In this document: in pieces, positions 19,187-28,079 of the stretch | Layout of the letters: each line of letters begins with the position of its first letter | Position numbering within the stretch: the stretch's first letter is position 1 | Virus record (IMG/VR): IMGVR_UViG_3300017909_002515 | Span: 1-40,632 of that record | Reading direction: 5' to 3' (one strand) | DNA length: 40,632 nt | DNA from: a virus | Lineage: Duplodnaviria; Caudoviricetes | Made by a program: the position numbers and the translations under genes | Notes under the pieces: generated by a model | Database searches by the model: none | Told to the model about the DNA's origin: nothing | The model's input: the letters and a program-made list of their open reading frames with translations, nothing else

Positions 19187-19253
19187 TCAGGGTTCTCCTT
19201 GTGGGAATTTAAGTAACACCATTGTTACTCGACTCTATTTAGACACCAAACGC

Positions 19254-19283
19254 TTGACAATTAAACAATAAATAGACTAAAAT
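19254..19283 (+). promoter_or_regulatory. Sigma70-type promoter with embedded late-like box upstream of bS21
   Basis: TTGACA-N18-TAAAAT, with AATAAATA at 19267-19274. Confidence 0.65.
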
Positions 19284-19303
19284 AGCAACATATTGGAATT
19301 AAT

Positions 19304-19546
19304 ATGCGACAAAATAGAAACAAAAACAAAAACTATAACTTTGGGTTATCTGTAACAGTCGAGAATGGAAACTTTAATCGAGCATTAAAACAGTTTAAAA
19401 GAAAGGTTAAAGATTCTGGAAAGATGCAAGAACTCAAAGATAGGCAGTTCTATGAAAAACCTTCGTCAAGGAAGCAACGTAAGAAACAAGCCGCAGTTAG
19501 GAGAACACAAAAGGCTTTAACTGCAAACGAACCGAAAAGGTATTGA
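19304..19546 (+). CDS. rpsU: Ribosomal protein bS21
   Basis: VTVENGNFNRALKQFKRKV...ELKDRQFYEKPS..K.RKK.AAVRR. Confidence 0.9.
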   Translation: MRQNRNKNKNYNFGLSVTVENGNFNRALKQFKRKVKDSGKMQELKDRQFYEKPSSRKQRKKQAAVRRTQKALTANEPKRY

Positions 19547-19547
19547 T

Positions 19548-20384
19548 ATGATTATTGTTGATATGAATCAAATTTCTTTGGCAAATGTTATGATGCATCT
19601 GTCAATGAATAAATTAACAGTCCCAGATATAGGACTAGTTAGACACATGATACTAAACTCTTTGAGACAGTATCGCTCCCAGTTTTCACAAGAGTTTGGT
19701 GAGATGGTAATTGCTTATGATTCGAAACACTATTGGCGTAGAGATTACTTTCCAAACTACAAAGCAAATCGAAAGAAAGGACGCGAAACAGACTCAAAAG
19801 ATTGGGATGCAATTTTTGAATGTCTAAATGAAATCAAACAAGAGATTCGAGAGCATCTTCCATATAAGGTTCTAGAAGTGCATGGTGCAGAGGCTGATGA
19901 CATCATTGCAGTACTGGTAGAAGAAAATCCTAAAGAAAAGATTTTAATTCTTTCTGGAGACAAAGATTTTATTCAACTTCAGACTCAGGAAAATGTTTCA
20001 CAATACAGTCCGATTACAAAGAAGATGGTGAACGGTGAAGATCCAGTTGAATATAAACGTATACATATATTAAAAGGTGACTCAAGTGATGGAATCCCCA
20101 ACGTTTTAAGTTCAGATGATACTTTCGTAACAGGGATTCGACAAAAACCTTTAAGTGCAAAAAAGATTGATGAAATGCGTTTCTCTAAATTTCCTAGTAT
20201 AGAGGTAGAAAGGAACTTCCAGAGAAACAGAACTTTAATTGACTTGGGACGTATTCCAAATGAAATTAAAGACCGCATCAAAGAACAGTTTACAGAAGCT
20301 CCTTGTGGAGATAGAAGTAAACTTTTTAACTTTTTTGTTAAAAACAAACTTAGAGAATTAACCGAAAATATTGGAGATTTTTGA
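19548..20384 (+). CDS. rnh: T4-like RNase H (5'-3' exonuclease, FEN family)
   Basis: IIVDMNQI, YWRR..FP.YKANR, EADDII, SGDKDF.QL, GDSSDGIPN. Confidence 0.95.
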   Translation: MIIVDMNQISLANVMMHLSMNKLTVPDIGLVRHMILNSLRQYRSQFSQEFGEMVIAYDSKHYWRRDYFPNYKANRKKGRETDSKDWDAIFECLNEIKQEIREHLPYKVLEVHGAEADDIIAVLVEENPKEKILILSGDKDFIQLQTQENVSQYSPITKKMVNGEDPVEYKRIHILKGDSSDGIPNVLSSDDTFVTGIRQKPLSAKKIDEMRFSKFPSIEVERNFQRNRTLIDLGRIPNEIKDRIKEQFTEAPCGDRSKLFNFFVKNKLRELTENIGDF

Positions 20385-20385
20385 A

Positions 20386-20847
20386 ATGGTTGATACAACT
20401 GCAAGTTCCGCAACACTTCTTTTTTCTGAGGTACTTGAAAAAGTACACAAGGCAAAAACCAAATCACAGAAGGTAGATATTCTTAGACAGAATGACACCG
20501 CCGCTCTACGCATGGTAATCAAATCTTCTTTTGATCCAAAAATAAAGTGGGCAATCCCTACTGGAACAGTTCCATACCAAGCGAACGATGTTCCTATTGG
20601 CACTGAACACACTCGTCTTGCTGCAGAGGCTAAAAAACTTTGGCATTTTATCGAAGGTGCCGATGGAGAAACCCCACAGTTCAAAAAGGAACAAATGTTC
20701 GTACAGATGTGTGAAGGCCTTCATCAAAGTGAGGCAGAACTTCTTATTAATGCAAAGGATAAAAAGTTGCACCAAGTGTATAAAGGTTTTTCTGCTGCTG
20801 TAGTCAAGGAAGCTTTTGGGTGGGACGATGAGTTTGTCCGTCCTTGA
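20386..20847 (+). CDS. Conserved T4-like hypothetical protein
   Basis: FDP...W..P.G.VPY...EQMFVQMCEGLH..EAELL..AKDK.L pattern, GGAG RBS. Confidence 0.7.
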   Translation: MVDTTASSATLLFSEVLEKVHKAKTKSQKVDILRQNDTAALRMVIKSSFDPKIKWAIPTGTVPYQANDVPIGTEHTRLAAEAKKLWHFIEGADGETPQFKKEQMFVQMCEGLHQSEAELLINAKDKKLHQVYKGFSAAVVKEAFGWDDEFVRP

Positions 20848-21388
20848 TTATATAAAAGTATATAACGGACTAGAAAAAACTCTCTGTGATGATGTTGTAA
20901 AACACTTCAAACACAGCCCATCTTGGGAAGTATCGACGTTTTCATCTAACACTGGCTATTCTGCAAATTCACATGAAAGTGTGAAGATGCAACAGTATTG
21001 GGTGGAGACAAGCGAACCGTACCAAGAAGAACTTGCGAATGGGTTTCGCAAAGTTGTAGAAGAGTATATATCTACATTCAATAAAGTGGAACCCATGATC
21101 TTTACTCGTTTCCGTCTAAACTGGTATGGTGTCGGTGGTTTTATGAGAAATCATATCGACAGCATTCATCACAGTCATGGACAAAAGTATGGGTATCCTC
21201 ACATTACTGCATTAGGATTTTTGAACGACGAGTATGAGGGTGGTGAGTTTTCTCTCTGTGATGGAGAAATGGTGTTACAGCCTAATGTTGGGGATATAGT
21301 GGTATTCCCGTCAAACTTTATGTATCCCCATGAAGTGAAAAAGGTAACTAGTGGGGACAGGTTTACCTGTATGACATGGATAATGTAA
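20828..21388 (+). CDS. 2OG-Fe(II) oxygenase (prolyl-4-hydroxylase-like)
   Basis: HID, FLNDEYEGGE, FPSNFMYPHEV..VTSGDR. Confidence 0.9.
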   Translation: MSLSVLDYIKVYNGLEKTLCDDVVKHFKHSPSWEVSTFSSNTGYSANSHESVKMQQYWVETSEPYQEELANGFRKVVEEYISTFNKVEPMIFTRFRLNWYGVGGFMRNHIDSIHHSHGQKYGYPHITALGFLNDEYEGGEFSLCDGEMVLQPNVGDIVVFPSNFMYPHEVKKVTSGDRFTCMTWIM

Positions 21389-22584
21389 CTCTCGATCTTT
21401 TAGTTCTTAATAAAAACTTTCGTAACATAGACTTGCATGAAGTGCCGGACATAGCAAAAAAGTTTGTGTCTGGGTTTTCTCGCACATGTAAAGCAAAGAA
21501 AGTTTTGTGTAATCTAGCGTGGGAGAGATTTGGTGTTTCTCCTTCAGATAGAAACTATGCAAATAGTTTTATCATGTTTGAACTCTATAGGGCTGTGTTT
21601 GATGAGTTTGCAAAACAAGGGATTGAAACAACTTTTTTGGTAAACAGTTTCCACACAAAAGAGGAACACTATGATATCTACGATGTAAACACCAAAGTAA
21701 TACCGATTAATTGGCATCTTTGGTATACCTACTCAGAAGTTTTCTTGAACGACACTGCAATTCCTAACGATAAATGGAACAGAGACGCAGACAAGTATTT
21801 GTTTCTTACGGGTAAACCAAACCGCACAAATCGAATCAGACTTTTGTGGAAGATGTATGCGAAAGGATTGCTTGATAAATGTGTGTGGTCTTTTTTCATG
21901 GCAGAAAGACACCATCTCTTTAACAACAGAAATAAACAGTATCGTGAGACTAGAAGACTTCTTCCTGAATTAACTGACACGCAGTTCAATGATTTTATTT
22001 TCGACATGGTAAGGTATCCCGATGCAGCCGCAGAAATGGTTAGGGGTTGCACCGCTGGAGATTGGTTATCTTTGATGGGAAATAAGTTTTCTACAGAGTT
22101 GTATTCCAACACGAAGTTTAGAGTAATTAGTGAGGGTTCGGACATTGAAGATACCAATGTTTTTATCACCGAAAAAACTTATCAGGCGATACTGAACAGA
22201 GTTCCGTTTATGATTACTGGGCAAACAAACTATGAGAAAAAACTCCAAGAGATGGGATTTAAAACTTACGAACAGTATATGAGAAATCCAAACTACAACT
22301 CGATTTACGGTGATGAACAATATGATATGGTTTGTGATAATATTGTAGGTTGGATGGATTATATGCGTGTAGGTATAGAAACTGATGTGGAACATAACTT
22401 TAAACACTATGTGAAACTTGCATTGGAAGCGGAGAATATACTCAGTAAACTTAATGATGAATTTGAATTTAAATTAGAACCAAAGGATTACTACAAGATG
22501 GCGAACACATTTTATCTCACGGGACTAAATAGAGATTATAGTATAGGTTTACGCCCAGAACAAATGAGGTTTGCATTCCCATGA
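21376..22584 (+). CDS. Hypothetical protein (possible glycosyltransferase-like)
   Basis: LFLTGKP...RI, VISE, FITEKTY..I....PF...G...L..MGFKTY pattern typical of phage accessory islands. Confidence 0.55.
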   Translation: MDNVTLDLLVLNKNFRNIDLHEVPDIAKKFVSGFSRTCKAKKVLCNLAWERFGVSPSDRNYANSFIMFELYRAVFDEFAKQGIETTFLVNSFHTKEEHYDIYDVNTKVIPINWHLWYTYSEVFLNDTAIPNDKWNRDADKYLFLTGKPNRTNRIRLLWKMYAKGLLDKCVWSFFMAERHHLFNNRNKQYRETRRLLPELTDTQFNDFIFDMVRYPDAAAEMVRGCTAGDWLSLMGNKFSTELYSNTKFRVISEGSDIEDTNVFITEKTYQAILNRVPFMITGQTNYEKKLQEMGFKTYEQYMRNPNYNSIYGDEQYDMVCDNIVGWMDYMRVGIETDVEHNFKHYVKLALEAENILSKLNDEFEFKLEPKDYYKMANTFYLTGLNRDYSIGLRPEQMRFAFP

Positions 22585-23132
22585 GAATATTTAAGCCGGT
22601 TAGGCTTACAGAAAATTATGACCATCTACTCGAAGGTTTCAACGAAATCGAACGGGTTACTTGTGTTGGTCACCACAAAACAGAACAAGCAGACTTGCAC
22701 CCAAATGGGTTTCCTGAAAGTTTTGTTTTGGATAACACCGCTATTCGTCAACGATTTTTTACCAGAGAAGAAGTTGATTTTGATTTGTTGGGGAAACAAG
22801 TTGGTGTTGAGGTGATAAGTGTCTCTGTCATAAAACAAGAACCTGGCAACGTAATACCTATTCACAGAGATATGTTTTACAAGATTGCTCAGGAACATCC
22901 ACAAAGAGTTGCCGCAGGAGAAGAGATGGTTCGTGCAAACATGTTCTTGACAGATTGGAAAGCCGGACAGTACCTAGAATTTGACGAAGAACCGTTTACT
23001 AAGTGGGAAAAGGGAACCGGATTCTTATTTAACAAAGACGTGTTGCATTTATCTTCAAACGCAGGCGCACATGACAAATATACAATGCAAATAAGTGGAT
23101 TTTATCATGACAATACACACAGGACTTCCTGA
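22581..23132 (+). CDS. Cupin/2OG-Fe(II) oxygenase-like protein
   Basis: QEPGNVIPIHRD, W..G, LH.SSNAG...KYT.Q. Confidence 0.65.
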   Translation: MRIFKPVRLTENYDHLLEGFNEIERVTCVGHHKTEQADLHPNGFPESFVLDNTAIRQRFFTREEVDFDLLGKQVGVEVISVSVIKQEPGNVIPIHRDMFYKIAQEHPQRVAAGEEMVRANMFLTDWKAGQYLEFDEEPFTKWEKGTGFLFNKDVLHLSSNAGAHDKYTMQISGFYHDNTHRTS

Positions 23133-24033
23133 TAACAAACATCGAAAATACGGTGGTGCGTACAGTGTATATGACCGACACACTGTATTTATTCGAGACG
23201 CTGCACTCAGGTCATATAAACAACCTAGTGATATAAAGCAACTCGACGCAATAAAGCATGAATTTTTTGAAACCTATCTCGAATGGTTTCCTTCTGTTCA
23301 TGATTTGCATGGGATAGAGGACTTCACCGAAACCTGCTATACGCAAGGTACAGCAGAGTCTTTCTTATACTTTCATCTTAAATACAAAGATAAACGTAGA
23401 TTACGAATCGCAAAGGGAGAATACTTCTTTCATCAGATGATGAAAAACCTTTACTATGATGAGTTTGAGTGGTTAGAAGACGGGCCTATTGAAAAGAATG
23501 ATGCGGTTTTAATCAGTTGTCCTTTTTCTGATACAGGTGGAATTCCAGAGGGACTTCCCTACATTCTTAACAGGTGTACGGACTTGGGAGTTCCGGTGTT
23601 GTTGGACTTGGCATATATCAATCTCACAGATAATTTTGTGCTAGACTTATCATATCCTTGCATCGAGTATGTTACCACTTCACTATCAAAGTGTTTTCCT
23701 GTCGAGTTTCACAGGATTGGGCTGCGTCTACAAAGAACACGAGATGAAGATCAGTTATACGTGTATAATGAAGATGGTTACGGGTACTTAAACTTTATGA
23801 GTATGTACCTTGGTACTCAGATGATGCAAAGTGTTGAACCTAATTTTGTTTACAAAAAGTATAGAGAAAAACAATTAGAAGAATGTAAACGAATGTCTTT
23901 GGCTCCTTCTCCTTGTGTGTATTTTGGTATAGATGAAGAAAATTTGTATCCAGTTTACAACAGAGGACGTGATACAAACAGATTGTGTTTTACAAGACTA
24001 TGGGACGGAAGAGCAGAAGGATTTGAAGAATGA
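23107..24033 (+). CDS. PLP-dependent fold-type I enzyme (aminotransferase-like)
   Basis: QGTAESF, GEY..H, VLLDLAY, SLSK (Schiff-base Lys), RIG. Confidence 0.75.
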   Translation: MTIHTGLPDNKHRKYGGAYSVYDRHTVFIRDAALRSYKQPSDIKQLDAIKHEFFETYLEWFPSVHDLHGIEDFTETCYTQGTAESFLYFHLKYKDKRRLRIAKGEYFFHQMMKNLYYDEFEWLEDGPIEKNDAVLISCPFSDTGGIPEGLPYILNRCTDLGVPVLLDLAYINLTDNFVLDLSYPCIEYVTTSLSKCFPVEFHRIGLRLQRTRDEDQLYVYNEDGYGYLNFMSMYLGTQMMQSVEPNFVYKKYREKQLEECKRMSLAPSPCVYFGIDEENLYPVYNRGRDTNRLCFTRLWDGRAEGFEE

Positions 24034-24620
24034 AACACGATAAACTATTTCCAACAAACATCTTTAAAGTAAGTGACTTTATGCCAGAAGAAGACTTATA
24101 CCAAATGAAATACGAGGTGATGAAAGACTATTCTCCGAGGCATCGTTGGCAGACTACCTATAATCTCCACGAACTGGAACCATTTAAGAGATTTTCTAAT
24201 CAGGTTATGGCTCACGCTGGACTCATTATGGACGAGTTGACTACCATGTATGATGACATGGAAATAACGGGAATGTGGGCTAACGTACTAAAAAAAGGGG
24301 AATCGCATGACGTACACTCTCATTCAAACAACTGGTTGAGTGGTGTATATTATCTTGAAGGAAATGAATCTGCTGGTATCGCGTTTCTTGACCCTAGGCC
24401 TGCTGCATCCGTATTTCAACCACATTGTTATGCGAGTATTGATAACTCACACTTAATTAAATATCCAGCAACTACCAATCAGATTTACTTCTTCCCAAGT
24501 TGGTTATTACATTATGTTCCAACTGTAATGAACGACAAAGAAAGAATTAGTGTTGCTTTTAATATTCAACTGAAGGGCAACGTAGGGCAACCAGAGGATT
24601 TACAGTATGCGAAATTCTAA
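24030..24620 (+). CDS. Putative 2OG-Fe(II) oxygenase (TIGR02466-like)
   Basis: LFPT, WAN, HSHSNNWLSGVYY, F.DPR, FPSWLLHYV, RISVAFN. Confidence 0.85.
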   Translation: MKHDKLFPTNIFKVSDFMPEEDLYQMKYEVMKDYSPRHRWQTTYNLHELEPFKRFSNQVMAHAGLIMDELTTMYDDMEITGMWANVLKKGESHDVHSHSNNWLSGVYYLEGNESAGIAFLDPRPAASVFQPHCYASIDNSHLIKYPATTNQIYFFPSWLLHYVPTVMNDKERISVAFNIQLKGNVGQPEDLQYAKF

Positions 24621-25737
24621 TGAAATGTTTGATAGGTACGGACTTGTTGGTTGGAGAGGCCTAGAAATTGTTAAAGGGTGGGACAACGAAGTTGTCGATT
24701 ATGACTATGAAAAGTTCCCTTGGTACGACAGAATTCTTGGTGCAATTCAAGAAATCAATCCTGACTGCGACACCATAGAATACTTACATATGTATTTCAA
24801 TAGGGAACAGATTGTACCCTTACGAAAGCATCTTGAAAGATTTGTTCGTTCAGATGAGTTTTCTGGTTGGGTGGATGATTACTTCGATGCGATAATAGGT
24901 GACAGCCTTGGGGAGTATTTGATTCAGTCAACTCCTACCATGAACGTAGTGCTACCTGACCAACAGAGACAGGGTAGTATGTTGACCTTTCACACAGGAC
25001 ACTGGACTGCATATAACAATGGGATGTATACTATATGGACACCCGTATCTAAAGCTAGAGGTAACAATTCTATGCAAGTAGTTTCTTGGGAAGACTCTGT
25101 TGAGATTACAAAGGAACTATACGAAAACAAACACTCAATTTCTTGGTTACAAGAAAGGTGTTCAGAGGTTTCTTACCCTGTAGAAATCAATCAGGGACAG
25201 GCTTGGTTGTTTCATCAAGGACACTGGCACGGAAACGTAAACAATGACACTGGTATATCAAGAATAGGTTTGGACATTCGTGCGATGGTGAAGGGAACCG
25301 ACTATCATTACAGAAAGCCTGGCGGGTATTTTCGCTTTCCAAAAACTAAAGTTTCCCCTCCAAGTGTCGATAGCGATAGACGCTGGATAGTTTTCAATGA
25401 TCCGGCCGCCTCTGATTACATGGGCTCTATGCCGTTTCACATTGCAAGAAACTTTATAGAAACCTACATTGAAAAATTAAACATTAAACCTGTTGGTTGG
25501 CATAACGAATACACATTAACCGATTGGAATCCACATCTAGAATTTTTTATCGAGGAAACAGAAGTGCAAGGGATAGCGTTACTCAGCGCACACGCCCTAA
25601 GTAGTTCAGTTGAAAGAAGACTAGAACTACTCCAAAAATGTATTGACAGAGATATTCAAGTTTTATTTTGTGATGAAAACTTTGTTCTAAACACCACAGA
25701 AGATTTACAGTACATTGAAAGAATATTGAGATTCTAA
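24607..25737 (+). CDS. StrG-like non-heme Fe oxygenase fused to a second (carbohydrate-cluster-type) domain
   Basis: IQSTPT..V, FHTG, TIWTP, HGNVNNDTG.SR..LD.R in the N-terminal domain, then a ~120-aa alpha/beta C-terminal domain. Confidence 0.6.
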   Translation: MRNSNEMFDRYGLVGWRGLEIVKGWDNEVVDYDYEKFPWYDRILGAIQEINPDCDTIEYLHMYFNREQIVPLRKHLERFVRSDEFSGWVDDYFDAIIGDSLGEYLIQSTPTMNVVLPDQQRQGSMLTFHTGHWTAYNNGMYTIWTPVSKARGNNSMQVVSWEDSVEITKELYENKHSISWLQERCSEVSYPVEINQGQAWLFHQGHWHGNVNNDTGISRIGLDIRAMVKGTDYHYRKPGGYFRFPKTKVSPPSVDSDRRWIVFNDPAASDYMGSMPFHIARNFIETYIEKLNIKPVGWHNEYTLTDWNPHLEFFIEETEVQGIALLSAHALSSSVERRLELLQKCIDRDIQVLFCDENFVLNTTEDLQYIERILRF

Positions 25738-27338
25738 TGAAAATATTATTTACTTACCCTAACCTTCCTCTTATGATGAGCCCTGCTATCTCTGTGGCCA
25801 TATTTCAAGAACTTGTGAATAGATTCCCAGAACATGAAATGGAAATTTTTGAAACGACTTATTATTCGGATGACTACAATAACCGTCATATTCGTCTTGA
25901 AGAGGTTGGAGCAATTCGCAAAGGTAAGGATAACTTCAATGACGATGCACAGGTTATTAGGGTTAAACCAACAAATGAAATACTACCGGATTACATAAAA
26001 AAAATTGAAGCGTATAAACCTGATGTAATCTTTTTTTCAACAGCGGAAGATACTTGGCCCCAAACAAAAAGTTTTTTAGAGGCAGCTAGACCTTATCAAA
26101 TAAAAACATTGATAGGTGGAGTCTTTCCAACCGCAGCACCAGAGATTGTCTTAGGACACCCAGACGTTAATTATATCTGTGTACATGAAGGTGAGGGTGT
26201 TGTACAAAATATATTAGAAGGAAAGGATTGGGAAGATATTCTTGGTATTCACTATAAAGATAAAAATGGTAAGATACATCAAAATGGTGTGCAACCGCTT
26301 TGGGACATTAACAGTGTAATCCCAGATTTTCGTATATACGAAAAAGATGGTCGTAGATGGAAAAGACCTATGGGTGGTAGAATGTTTCAAAAGGTTCTCC
26401 CGATGGAAACCTATCGTGGTTGTCCGTATAGTTGCACCTACTGTAACAGTCCATTTACAAGAGAATACACTAGAAAAACTAATAACGGAAGCTTTCTAAG
26501 GAGAAAAACTCCTAAAGTTATTGATGAAGAGTTTCAGGTAATGCGAGAAAGACATAACCCTGACATGGTAATGTTTATCGATGACAGTTTTTTAGCTAGA
26601 CCAAAAGATGAAATATTTGAGTTTTCGAAATTATGGGGTAAACACAAAACGCCATTCTGGTTTAACACCAGAATAGAAAACTGTGATCCTGATGTGTTAC
26701 AAGCAATGAAAGAAGCTGGCGCATATAGAATGGCTTTTGGTTTAGAAGCGGGAAGCGAAGAGTATCGTAAAAAATACTTGAACAGAAGAGTTAGTAACGA
26801 AAAATATCGTAAATACTTTAAGTACATCAATGATAGCAATATTTGTTACAATTTTAATGTTATTATTGGGATGCCGTTTGAAACCAGAGAACTTGTTTTA
26901 GAAACTGCTAGATTGGTAAAAGATGCACTGGGGTATGACTCGCTTACAATTTCATACTTTACCCCCTATCGTGGGACTGCATTACGTGACATTGCAGTAG
27001 AAGCAGGAATGTTGACAGACAAATATGTCTATGGAGAAGGCTACATTGCGAAGGAAATGAGAGAAAATCATTTTCTTCAACAACCTATTGGATGTCTGAC
27101 TCCAGAAGACACACAAAGACTGATGAAATGTTTTTCTTTATATGCTTACTACCCAGAGAGTAGATGGGATGAAGTTTATGAAGCAGAAACTAATGATGAA
27201 ATTTACAAAGAGTTGATGGACTACTATCATAAAAACTTCTTATCCGAATATCAATTGGGCGGCAAGGACAGAATTAATAAAAGATTTTGTGCTCAACATG
27301 ATGCAACTACAACCTATTCTTGGGAAATTGTTGCTTGA
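25737..27338 (+). CDS. Cobalamin-dependent (class B) radical SAM enzyme
   Basis: B12-binding-like region (IGGVFPT..PE, EGE), RGCPYSCTYC, DDSF, FGLEAG, IIGMPFET, FTPYRGT. Confidence 0.9.
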   Translation: MKILFTYPNLPLMMSPAISVAIFQELVNRFPEHEMEIFETTYYSDDYNNRHIRLEEVGAIRKGKDNFNDDAQVIRVKPTNEILPDYIKKIEAYKPDVIFFSTAEDTWPQTKSFLEAARPYQIKTLIGGVFPTAAPEIVLGHPDVNYICVHEGEGVVQNILEGKDWEDILGIHYKDKNGKIHQNGVQPLWDINSVIPDFRIYEKDGRRWKRPMGGRMFQKVLPMETYRGCPYSCTYCNSPFTREYTRKTNNGSFLRRKTPKVIDEEFQVMRERHNPDMVMFIDDSFLARPKDEIFEFSKLWGKHKTPFWFNTRIENCDPDVLQAMKEAGAYRMAFGLEAGSEEYRKKYLNRRVSNEKYRKYFKYINDSNICYNFNVIIGMPFETRELVLETARLVKDALGYDSLTISYFTPYRGTALRDIAVEAGMLTDKYVYGEGYIAKEMRENHFLQQPIGCLTPEDTQRLMKCFSLYAYYPESRWDEVYEAETNDEIYKELMDYYHKNFLSEYQLGGKDRINKRFCAQHDATTTYSWEIVA

Positions 27339-27364
27339 CAATCCCTATTATACTACCTTATAAT
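27335..27364 (+). promoter_or_regulatory. Sigma70-type promoter for the tRNA
   Basis: TTGACA-N18-TATAAT, 9 nt upstream of the tRNA. Confidence 0.8.
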
Positions 27365-27373
27365 ATGTAATAT

Positions 27374-27450
27374 GTCCTGATAGCTCAACTGGATAGAGCA
27401 TCGGCCTTCTAAGCCGAGGGTTGCAGGTTCGAGTCCTGCTTGGGACGCCA
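27374..27450 (+). tRNA. tRNA-Arg(TCT)
   Basis: Acceptor GTCCTGA/TTGGGAC, anticodon arm TCGGC-CTTCTAA-GCCGA, T arm GCAGG-TTCGAGT-CCTGC, encoded CCA. Confidence 0.97.
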
Positions 27451-27460
27451 TTTTTCGGGA

Positions 27461-27534
27461 GAGTAGTGGGGAGGTGTGGTTACCTGAACCCCGACGAAAA
27501 AACCTAAATGACACCCCCACTACTCAACTTTTTT
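27461..27534 (+). terminator. Long hairpin with large loop and T tract (terminator or small RNA)
   Basis: gagtagtgggg/ccccactactc 11 bp plus gtgt/acac, 33-nt loop, T6 at 27529-27534. Confidence 0.6.
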
Positions 27535-27535
27535 C

Positions 27536-27623
27536 TAAGTCATTGATTTTATTGAGATTTTAAGTCATTGATTTTATTAGACCTTCAAATTATTTTACAA
27601 TTACCTTATAAATCAATGACTTA
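27536..27623. repeat. Three copies of TAAGTCATTGATTT (two direct, one inverted)
   Basis: TAAGTCATTGATTTTATT at 27536-27553 and 27561-27578, inverted AAATCAATGACTTA at 27610-27623. Confidence 0.9.
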
Positions 27624-27628
27624 TATGC

Positions 27629-27658
27629 TTGACAAAACGGGGCCTTATGTTCTATAAT
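27629..27658 (+). promoter_or_regulatory. Strong sigma70-type early promoter
   Basis: TTGACA-N18-TATAAT with an AT-rich upstream region. Confidence 0.85.
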
Positions 27659-27693
27659 TATACTGTAATTTGATGATTGAGAGAGAAAATACT

Positions 27694-28065
27694 ATGACCA
27701 ACGAAATGTCCTTTGCAATAATGAAAATGGTTAAAGTCATGAAAAATGACTATCTGCGTTTTTGGAAACGTTCTGATAGTGTATCTGCCCCTGGCACTTT
27801 GTCACCATATGCTCAAAAACAGTTGGATGGGTTTGTTGATTCAATTGAGATTTCTGAAGGTAACAAATACATTAAGATCATTCGGAATGATGGACAACGC
27901 ATGGTTTGGGGTTTTATTGTCAACACAGATAATGACGCAAAATTTAAACGTGGTGATATACTAAAGGCTGCCGGTTGGGCAGCTCCCGCACGAAACAAAC
28001 CGCGTGGTAATATTTTGGATGGTGATTTTTCTTGGGTTCGTTGGACTGGCCCTGAGTATCTTTAA
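27694..28065 (+). CDS. Conserved phage early hypothetical protein
   Basis: GNKYIKI...VWGFI...FKRGDILKAAGWAAPARNKPRGNI..WTGPEYL, GAGAGAG leader. Confidence 0.8.
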   Translation: MTNEMSFAIMKMVKVMKNDYLRFWKRSDSVSAPGTLSPYAQKQLDGFVDSIEISEGNKYIKIIRNDGQRMVWGFIVNTDNDAKFKRGDILKAAGWAAPARNKPRGNILDGDFSWVRWTGPEYL

Positions 28066-28079
28066 GAGAGGTAAGAGTT

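Noticed and set aside
19074-19271. 65-aa plus-strand ORF from the track
   Set aside because: It is the antisense shadow of the better supported minus-strand peptide at 19061-19186 and runs across promoter elements.
27536-27623. Possible mini CRISPR array, given the nearby Cas4-like nuclease
   Set aside because: Only two direct copies separated by 7 nt plus one inverted copy. No spacer-sized unique sequences and no cas genes.
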